Source of the DNA: Octopus sinensis | Taxonomy: Eukaryota | Assembly (NCBI RefSeq): GCF_006345805.1 | Contig: NC_042998.1 | Span: 20,212,001-20,276,000 of the forward strand | Reading direction: 5' to 3' | Length of the DNA: 64,000 nucleotides | Shown: piece after piece, positions 54,098 through 64,000 of the stretch | How positions within the stretch are numbered: the first letter of the stretch is position 1 | Layout of the letters: the number at the start of each line of letters is the position of its first letter | Translations under genes and position numbers: made by a program | Notes under the pieces: generated by a model | What the model was told of the DNA's origin: nothing | Database searches by the model: none | Seen by the model: only the letters and a program-made list of their open reading frames with translations

Positions 54098-54523
54098 TCT
54101 ATATAATATATATATATATATATAATATAATATATTATATATAATATATACAATCTGCACGTGCAATATATCATGGTATTTGCACGAAACTTTTCCATAG
54201 ACATTGATAAGCCAATCTGGCCCAAATGCTTGGCAACATACCAATGTCTAGAGAAGCATAGCCATAAAGATGAACATACTTGAAATAATAACAGAGGAAT
54301 AAGCGAAATGTTTTATAACCTGTTCGGGCGGTGACAAACGTAAGTGCACATGCGCAGTCATACGCACAGCTGAGCCAGATGCACATATTCATGTATTTTC
54401 ACATGTGTACATAGAGATTAATAAATGCATTTGAAATCGAGAAGAGATAATTTTTTTTAATTTTCCACACGCACAGGCATGTTAATATATGTTTATATTT
54501 CTATGCATATATATCTGCATGTG

Positions 54524-54558
<35 letters not shown>

Positions 54559-54789
54559 TGTGTGTGTGTGTGTGTGTATTGAGAAAGAGAGTGGGTAGAA
54601 GTTGTAATGCCCTGTAATCTGTAATCTGTTTAATCTTGACGAAAGACTCTAAAACGTTGGATCCTCCATGATCCATGGCCACTTCACTGTAATCTTACTG
54701 TCGCTCTCCTTTACCTACCCTCTCTCGCTCTCTCCATATATACGCCCACATACACACAAACACACACACACATGTATATAGTGAGGATT

Positions 54790-54945
54790 TGCAAAAACAA
54801 AAAAAAACAAGAGATGAAGACAGGTGTGTAAACAACAAACAGATGCATTAGTTTAACGCTCGGGAAGTGAGAAAGCCTTTTACGCTTCGAGCCTACACTC
54901 TTCAAAAGAAAGGAACATAGAAATAAACAGGGAGAGAAAATTTTA
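54790..54945 (-). mobile_element. HH-F repeat with decayed core (54876-54913)
   Basis: CCUUU-CUUUUGA-A-GAGU/GCUC-GAAG-CG-UA-AAAGG; stem I covaries relative to 42004 (CCUUU/AAAGG vs UCUUU/AAAGA). Confidence 0.7.
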
Positions 54946-56173
54946 AAAGGTTTAGTGACTAGTGAACTATCATGGCGAGAAATCTTGAAATAAACTGAAT
55001 AATTACATTCAGAAATATATATATACATATATACATATATATATACATATATATATATATAAGTATGTATGTGTGTGTGTATGTATGCAGGTATGTATGT
55101 ATGTATGTATGTATGTATGTATGTATGTATGTATGTATGTATGTATGTATGTGAAGATCTGTCTGTTTTATATACGTATTCTCGTGCATATAGTTGCATA
55201 TCTAGACATGCTCATATATACTTAAACGATAAACTTCTGGGAAGTTTTACAGATTTTTACAGTTCCAGTGATTGATTGGATCTGTAATCTTCGAATTAGC
55301 TTTCTCCCTCCTTTCTGGTTTTGAGAAGTCTAATTTCTCAAGAAATTTAGATATTTAGGCAGTGTGTTACAGGATCCCAGGATCCCAATAATATCAAGTA
55401 TAAACCTGAACTTGTAATCTGGATAGCGTAACTTCAGATTTCTCAATAGTTCGGCGTAGGTGTTCTCTTTCACTGATCTTCAGCTTTATGTATGTATGTA
55501 TGTATGTATGTATGTATGTATGTATGTATGTATGTATGTATGTATATATACACCCGCCCACACACACACACTTACACACTTAGGAGAGAGGGAGAGATTC
55601 CACTGCAGAGGCAATATTTCACTATGCAGACGTCGAATATGCATTATTCAATTTAATGTTCTCCAACAGCGCGATTGTTTAAAAGTTAGAAAGTGCGTCT
55701 AATCCATTTCTTTCGTTTGATAACGAGAATAGCATTTTAACCGAAATATCGGCAACGCATTAAACCATATTCAGAATACCGTTATTGAATCAGTATGAAA
55801 TAATTGTTTTGGAAAGAGAGTGGGTGAATGTAAATATTTAAAATATTTGTATCCTTACTTGTGACTTATTGGCAATTAGAATTATATATATATATAACTC
55901 CAACAAAGTTAGAGGTTGTGAATCCAACCCACTAAGGGATAATATCTATCCAATATACTGCTGGTAGAATACCCAATTATTAATACACAAGTGTTTTTTA
56001 TTGCATTGCAGTTACATAACCTAGTGTACTAAATGGGTGAAGGTAAAGAGATATTTTACCATTAATTTATAGAGCAATAAGAAAATAGAGCGGACCAAAT
56101 AAATAAATAAGTTGACATAATATAATGTCTAAAAGTTGATGAACCACCTATTGATCCCCTCCATTTTCTCATT

Positions 56174-56215
<42 letters not shown>

Positions 56216-56243
56216 TATCTATATACCATTTATTTACTTATAC

Positions 56244-56288
<45 letters not shown>

Positions 56289-56784
56289 GATTATAAGAAT
56301 GCTAACAAGCTCTAGTTAGAATTACATTTTTCTATAGTATCGTCTGTTATTTAGATATATCACAAATGGGTGACAATTAGTTGTCGTTATTGTTGTTATA
56401 TATTGTGTGTTCTATACTGTGTTAACTTTAAAAAGGTGATATGATTGTATCATATAATTAAATTTATGCGGTTTACAAATATTTCGTTTGTTACAAATTA
56501 AAAATTAAAATTCTTAAAATGTCTTTCTCTTCAATTAGATTTTTACTCGTCTTTTTCAGCAAGCGTCTTTAGATGAGATATATTGAATAATATTAGTGAC
56601 TTGTGAAAACTAATTTTAAATTTGCATAATTCTTCGAAAATCTGCTTATCAATTAGAGATTGTCATTTGTAGTCTTCTGCCGACGCCAATTGGTGTAAAT
56701 ACAACTTAAAATCATGTTATTCTTTTTGCAGTTTTGATGGTTTAAAGTGTTTATCTGCTCTTCTGTACATATAAGAAAGAGTTA

Positions 56785-57026
56785 CTTTTTTACTCTTTTA
56801 CTCTTTTACTCATTTACTTGTTTCAGTCATTTGACTGCGGCCATGCCGGAGCACCGCCTTTAGTCGAGCAAATCGACCCCAGGACTTATTCTTTGTAAGC
56901 CTAGTACTTATTCTATTGGTCTCTTTTGCCGAACTGCTAAGTTATGGTGACGTAAACACACCAGCATCGGTTCTCAAGCGATATTGGGGGGGGGGGATAA
57001 ACAGACACACAAACACATACATACAC

Positions 57027-57058
<32 letters not shown>

Positions 57059-57217
57059 GGCAGGCTTCTTTCAGTTTCCGTCTACCAAATCCAATCACAA
57101 GGCTTTGGTCGGCCCTGGCTATAGTAGAAGACACTTGCCCAAGGTGTCACGCAGTGGGACTGAACCCGGAACTATGTGGTTGGTAAGCAAGCTACTTAAT
57201 ACACAACCACTCCTGCG
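56785..57217 (-). mobile_element. SINE-A
   Basis: Full reverse-complement head, body and (TTTTACTC)n tail. Confidence 0.88.
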
Positions 57218-57851
57218 TTTTTACTTGTTTTCTTATATTTCAACATTTGTCCAATCGTTTCCATCTTGCATACAGCTTTTTTTTTCTAGCATCTTCACCA
57301 AAAATTGTGCACACAACACACAACACACTACCTTACCTCTTTCATGATCGCGACCAATCATCTTCATCGCGTCGTAGATGAGAAGAAAATATATTTGAGG
57401 TTATTGAAGTGGACATTTAAACTCTGCCTGTTACAGATAACCTCGATTAATGAAATTATGTTTGTTTCGGCCACTTTTACATGGTTGAATGAGTAAAACT
57501 TTTCACATCTACATTGTAGACAGGCAGAAGCGTGGAGAGAGTAGGTGCAGAAAACGTTGAGACACGCATTGCTACAAGAATATGAAATATTTTTTTTTAT
57601 GAATACATTTTGATACTTGATACGAAGAATAAAGAATAATGTTATGACGGTTGAATAGAATGATGGCAGATTTTCTCTTAGCGGAATTGGGTAGCTGATA
57701 TAACTGACAATCAATTCTCAAAATGGCAACTGATCAGCAGCAGCAAGCTACGTACGCTTCATTTGGTAGTGGGTTAAAGAATATGTGTGTGCGTGCGCGT
57801 GTGTACATATACACACATAGATAGATAGATAGGTAGATAGATAGATAGATC

Positions 57852-57921
<70 letters not shown>

Positions 57922-57932
57922 CAGACAGACAT

Positions 57933-57996
<64 letters not shown>

Positions 57997-58086
57997 GGAT
58001 GGACGGACGGACGGACAGACAGAAAGACGGACGGATGGATGGATGGATAGATAGAGAGAGAGAGAGAGAGAGACAACCTGTATGAG

Positions 58087-58121
<35 letters not shown>

Positions 58122-58604
58122 GTCGCATGCGTGTGTATATTAGCATGATTATAGTCTCTCGTAGTTCGGGACTCTTATGCAATCGCTTGCTGAACGGCCA
58201 ACACAAGGAGTTTGTTTATAGCGATCAAATGTATGCGATCAAATATACTAATGTTTATAGTGATCAAATATGGTGATCAAATATATAGCTCACTCTGTTC
58301 ATCAAAATCGACGTTTCCTGAATAATGCACAGTGAACCAAACGTCAAGAATCGAAGTGATCGCAAAGCAATGTGAGACAAAGTTCTTTGCACAGCAACAC
58401 AGTATCTCTCATGAATGCAACACCCTCACCATTATGCCCGATGCCCTCTCATGTTTTATTATCATATAACATAATCGACACTTTCACAGCAAATTGTTTT
58501 TGAAATTACATAGTTGTGCGAGTCACTCCTCAAATCTAAAAATAACCTACGGTCGATTGAGGTGAAGAAGGATATAATTTGAACGTAGAATTTATCTCTT
58601 CACT

Positions 58605-59030
58605 TGTCTGTTTTATACTCTTTTTACTCTCCTTTACTCTTTTACTTATTTCAGTCATTTGACTGCAGCCATGCTGGAGCACCGCCTTTAATCGAGCAAC
58701 TTCGACCCCGGGACTTATTATTTGTAAGCGCAGTACTTATTCTATCGGTCTCTTTTGCCGAACTGCTAAGTTACGGCGACCTAAACACACCAGCATCGGT
58801 TGTCAAGCAATGCTAGGGGGACAAACACAGACACACAAATACACACACATATATATATACATATATACGACAGGCTTCTTTCAGTTTCCGTCTACCAAAT
58901 CCACTCACAAGGCATTGGTCGGCCCGGGGCTATAGCAGAAGACACTTGCCCAAGATGCCACGCAGTGGGACTGAACGCGGAACCATGTGGTTGGTAAACA
59001 AGCTACTTACCACACAGCCACTCCTGCGCC
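58605..59030 (-). mobile_element. SINE-A
   Basis: Full reverse-complement head to tail. Confidence 0.9.
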
Positions 59031-59625
59031 TTATATGTGTATTCTCATACATATTGTTGCATATCTAGACATGCTCATATATTTGATCACTTGTTTTACA
59101 TTAGAATATACTCAATTGTACAAACCTGGCATTCTATGTTCTCTTATATATAACAGACACATATGTAGGTGTTCGTATGCGTCTATGTGTTTGTGTGTCC
59201 GAGGTGAAATTTGAGAGGTTGATTTGAAGCGAAGTTTAGCATATATGTTTCTGTAAAATTAATTCATGCTTCTCAAGCCCAGCACTTCTACGGAATATAC
59301 CTCTCTAAAACGAAGTATGATTTACCCTGTGATTTTCGTATGTATCTTGTTATCGTGTATTTATGTCCCAAGAAAGTGAAACGCGTGTTGAGCATTTTGA
59401 AATAGCTTTTCTTTCGAAGATATTTCATCCAGTTCGATATACATTGGTCCGCTCCGAAAAGTTTTACGCTCTGTCCCTTATAACCGACAATTTATTTTGC
59501 TCATCACAGAAATCCTATCTTTGATGAAAGATGCAATTCTCGAAACAATACATTCTTTAGCGATTGATTGCTACGAGTTATGATATCAAGTCATACAATT
59601 CTTTCCCTTTTGTAACTGTGTGGAA

Positions 59626-60000
59626 GCACTCCGTCGGTTACGACGACGAGGGCTCCGGTTGATCCGATCAACGGAACAGCCTGCTCGTGAAATTAACGTG
59701 TAAGTGGCTGAGCACTCCACAGACACGTGTACCCTTAACGTAGTTCTCGGGGATATTCAGCGTGACACAGAGAGTGACAAGGCCGGCCCTTTGAAATACA
59801 AGTACAACAGAAACAGGAAGTAAGAGTGAGAGAAAGTTGTAGTGAAAGAGTACCGCAGGGATCACCACCATCCCCTGCCGGAGCCTCGTGGAGCTTTAGG
59901 TGTTTTCACTCAATAAACACTCACAACGCCCTGTCTGGGAATCGAAACCGCGATCCCACGACCGCGAGTCCGCTGCCCTAACCACTGGACCATTCCGCCT
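59626..60000 (-). mobile_element. Mosaic SINE: SINE-D head/body + SINE-C tail
   Basis: 59810-60000 matches 15440-15630; 59626-59790 matches the 10750-10905 and 26750-26867 tails. Confidence 0.82.
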
Positions 60001-60132
60001 TAACACTTACAATGTAACCTGTGGTGCACGAATATCTCATTATTTTACGAGTGTATGTGTATAATTTCGTTTGGTAATACTGATACCCATTAAAATATAC
60101 ACAATCATCATTAATTTATAAGCAAATTAAGG

Positions 60133-60445
60133 CTTGTCAAGGCGCACGGTTAGAGGTAGTAAGTTCGATTCCTGGACCAGGCTCTATGTTGCGTTCTTAA
60201 CCGAAACACTTTATTTTCACGTTGCTCCAGTCCGCGCAGCCGTAGAAATGAGTTGTGACGTCACTGTACCGGCCTTTGCCTTTCCTTGGATAACACTTGT
60301 GGCATGGAGAGGGGAGGCTGGTATGCATGTGCCACTGCTGGTCTTCCATAAACAACCTTGCCCGGACTTGTGCCTCGTGGTGGTGGTGGGTAGTAACTTT
60401 CTGGGTGCAATCCCATGGTCGTTCATGATCGAAGGAGGTATTTAT
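60133..60445 (+). mobile_element. SINE with a SINE-C-like head/body and a different tail
   Basis: acactttattttcacgttgctccagtcc shared with 26607-26867, then a divergent 3' part. Confidence 0.68.
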
Positions 60446-60529
60446 CCTTCACCCTGCAACATTATTAATGACGAAATGTCTCTAATACATATACATACGC
60501 TTATGTACATGGGTACATACCTAGAGATG

Positions 60530-60561
<32 letters not shown>

Positions 60562-60802
60562 CTTTGATACTTTGATAGGTTTCGGCCATTATTGGCCCAG
60601 GCCATGTCTAACTTAATAGCACCACCTATATATAGGGAGAGTTTACGAAAAGAACAAAAGACGAAGACAGGTGGTGTACAAAACAAAGAGATGTATTAGT
60701 ATAACGCTCAAGAATAGAAACAGTCTTTCACGTTTCGAGCCAAATGTGTAGTGGCTAACGATCTATCATGGCGACGATTATATATATATATATATATATA
60801 TA

Positions 60803-61177
60803 TAAGGCGGCTAGCTGGCAAAAACGTAAGCACGCCGGGCGAAATGCTTAGCGGCATTTCGACTGCGGCTAAGTTCAGAGTTCAAATTCCGCCGAGGTCG
60901 ACTTTGCCTTTCATCCTTTCGGGGTCGGTTAAATAAGTACCAGTTACGCACTGAGGTCGATATAATCGACTTGATCCGTTTGTCTGTCCCTGTTTCTCCT
61001 CTCTGTCTTTACCCCCTTGTAGGTAGTAAAGAAATAGGTATTTCGTCTATCTTTAGGTTCTGAGTTCAAATTCCGCAGACGTCGATAAATTAAGTTCCAG
61101 TTGCGTTCAAGTGGCGATCTAATCGACTATCCCCCTCCCCCAAAATTTCGGGCCTTGTGCCTACAGAGGAAAAGAAT
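60803..61177 (+). mobile_element. SINE-B dimer
   Basis: Head, body, and terminal unit with tail gggccttgtgcctacagaggaaaag. Confidence 0.87.
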
Positions 61178-61437
61178 ATATATATAATATATATATGAGT
61201 ATAGATACATAAAACCAAATGTACAAATCTTCATGCACTGACACAAAATATTTGCAAATAGGCGAACAACGTGCAAAACTACCCTGCTGAAGTTGAAATT
61301 CCAGTGAAGGAGCCAGGGACCTAGATTAGAAAAAGGTTCTTTCTCCATTGAGAAAAAAAAAAATAGAAAGAAAACTAAAAAATAACATACGTGTGGGAGT
61401 ATAGTGTGTGTGTGCGCTCGGGCGTGCATGTTTGCGC

Positions 61438-61469
<32 letters not shown>

Positions 61470-61924
61470 TATGTTATGTAATTATGTATTCTTTGTCATA
61501 GAATAGTCTACGTTATAGAAAATCACCAAGGGTAAATTGACACTTCTTATTCATTTTACAGTTTTGCAGTCGTCTATGCATAACCTATCTTTGATACTAT
61601 GTTTTTTTAAGGAAATAAATATTGCAAACTTGGTGGTCTTCATGCTTTTGATATATAACTATATTGCAGCTATGATGTAAAAATTGCTTCTAGCTCAGCT
61701 TCAAGAAGATGTGTTACAGCAGATGCAATCACTCTTGAAATCTAATATCTAACATACATTAAAAGCTTCTCAACTTTATCTTTGTTATGTTCTTTGCTTT
61801 TTCATTTTTAGAGAAGACTTTCCCTCAACGAAAACTAAGTACACGGTGTGAAATGTCAAAATAAATTTTAAATTATACTGCATTTTAGAAATTACATGTC
61901 CGCATGCGTTGGATAACTACTTAC

Positions 61925-62965
61925 TGCCAGAATCGTTAGCACGCCGGGCGAAATGCTTTGCGGTATTTCGTCTGCCGCTACGTTCCGAGTTCAAATTCCG
62001 CCGAGGTTGACTTTGCCTTTCATCCTTTCGGGGTCGATTAAATAAGTACCAGTTACGCACTGGGGTCGATATAATCGACTTAATCCGTTTGTCTGTCCTT
62101 GTTTGTCCTCTCTGTGTTTAACCCTTGTGAGTAGTAAAGAAATAACTTACTGGGTGAATCTGGTCTATTCAAGCCCTATCACCAGTGTTTTGTTTTAAAA
62201 CTTTTGTTTCGAATTTAGAAGGAACGGCAACAGTTTTGAAAGAAGGGCGTTCAGTTGATACTGTTGAGTCAGACATTATTAGGACTTTCATTTTATTGGC
62301 CTTGGAGGATGACAGACAAAACTGACCGCGAAGGGATATGAACTCAGAACACAAAACGCTGGAAGAAATACGGTAAGGCATTTCGTCTGACGCTGTAACG
62401 ATTCCGCCAATTTACCGATCCAAGTAAAGGTTTCAAATCTTAACACAAGGTCAGCAATTTTAAGAGAGGGGCTGATTACATTTACCCATATTCGACTGGT
62501 ACTTAATTAATCGAAGAAGGCGGTGAGCTGGCAGAAACGATAGCACGCCGAGCGAAATGCTTAGCGGTATTTCGTCTGCCGTTACGTTCTGAGTTCAAAT
62601 TCCCCCGAGACCCATCTTTTCGGGGTCGATAAATTAAGTACCAGTTACGCACTGATGTCGATGTAATCGACTTAATACCTATGTCTGTCCTTGTTTGTCC
62701 CTTCTATGTCTAGCCTCTTGTGGATAATAAAGAAATAGGTATTTCGTCTGCCGTTACGTTCTGAGTTCAAATTCCGCCGAGGTCGGCTTTGCCTTCCATC
62801 CTTTCGGGGTCGATAAATTAAGTACCAGTTACGCACTGGGATCGATGTAATCGACTTAATCCGTTTGTCTCTCCTTGTTTGTCTTCTCTGTGTTTAGCCT
62901 CTTGTGGGTAGTAAAGAAATAGGTACTTAATTAATCGACCCCAAAATGATGAAAGGCAATATCGT
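61925..62965 (+). mobile_element. Cluster of SINE-B copies (61925-62146 +, old 62310-62465 -, 62517-62965 +)
   Basis: Repeated heads and bodies. Confidence 0.82.
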
Positions 62966-64000
62966 CCTCAGCGCCGCCCTATAAATTAATGGCAATTTTG
63001 GTTTTAACATTCTAATAGTATATCAATGTCATAAATGTATGCTTCCATTCCATGAGTGATGGAGACTCTGTTCTCATCATTTTAACTAAAGACTAAAGAG
63101 GACATGTACACAGCAAAATTGTTTGTTACTGTCCTTATTGTTTTTGTTGTTCTTTAGACCCATAGCAATGTGATCGAACAGATGCGTAATCAAAGTTGCT
63201 CCAGCCGCAACTATGTTATTTTTGCATAATGTTTCCTTGTGGAGACTTGACTGTTATTTCTCGCTTGTAGAACGACCACATTGAGGTTCCACATTTGGCT
63301 TAGAACTAGAATACTTGGTTTCATGTATGATATATTGTAGACTAATGTTGCTAGTTAACTAAGTTGTGCATATCTTGTATTTGATTCCTGGTCATTGTCT
63401 ATGCATGACACGGGGGTGCCGCTGTTGCCATTGCTATAAGCATCCTGTGCGAAATACCTTGCGAAATACGTTTTGAGTTCAAATCCTGCCGAGGTCAATC
63501 TTACCTCTCGTCTTTCCGGGGTTAATAATATAAAGCACCGATTAGGTACCAACGTCTATATTATCAGCTAACTCTTACCCTATTTCTGTCCTTGTATCTA
63601 TCTTAGAAACAATTTATAATTCAGAGTAGATGCTATTATCACAGTAAACCGTAAACAGAGCTGAATACACTTTGAGTGGTATAAATATTACAGGGAAAAT
63701 TCTAGCAAATAATCCCAATCATGGCACTACAAATTTGAGAATCACTTAAAATCCTTTCGAAATAGCCCCAAAGGAAAATAAGAATCCGATTCGTCAAATA
63801 TTTTCTCGCCATTGATAAACATCAAGTCTTTTATATTAATCTAGAATATGTTCTTATAACTACTTCTTAAGTTAATGCATCTGCTGTTGTCTGAAAATGT
63901 TTCTAAACCCAGTCATTGTATAATTGATTATGTCCAAAGGGAATTAATTTGGACATTTAATATGGAAATATTGAAGACTTAGAATGTTGCTTTTGGCATA

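Overview
This is a gene-poor, AT-rich animal genomic window, most likely octopus/cephalopod (inferred from the SINE and microsatellite landscape, not proven). I found no supportable host exon; almost every long ORF in the track is a microsatellite translation. Recognisable protein-coding material is all transposon-derived: (1) a 5'-truncated Dong/R4-type RLE LINE with an uninterrupted frame, sitting inside (TAA)n (9301-10507), and an old decayed relative (29432-30570); (2) a Helitron RepHel remnant split by a hAT MITE with a perfect 8-bp TSD (22267-23454); (3) an internally deleted mariner (39110-39605) and a Tc1/maT C-terminal remnant; (4) 3' ends of CR1-group and RLE LINEs. Several tRNA-derived SINE families (working labels SINE-A, -B, -C, -D) are dense, nested, multimeric and modular. 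The main result of the hunt is hammerhead ribozymes. At least seven unrelated short repeat families (working labels HH-A to HH-G, about 13 motif copies) contain hand-foldable minimal type I hammerheads: stem I-CUGANGA-stem II-GAAA-short palindromic stem III-GUH-stem I'. Most lie in (TA)n tracts, often as head-to-head inverted pairs, as expected for Penelope-like pLTRs or retrozymes. Four families share an extra nucleotide between A9 and G10.1. One family (HH-A) is fused behind a tRNA-Arg-like Pol III head that is itself duplicated as a palindrome, making it a candidate ribozyme-carrying SINE. All folds were done by eye and none is tested. Most SINE and microsatellite boundaries are approximate.
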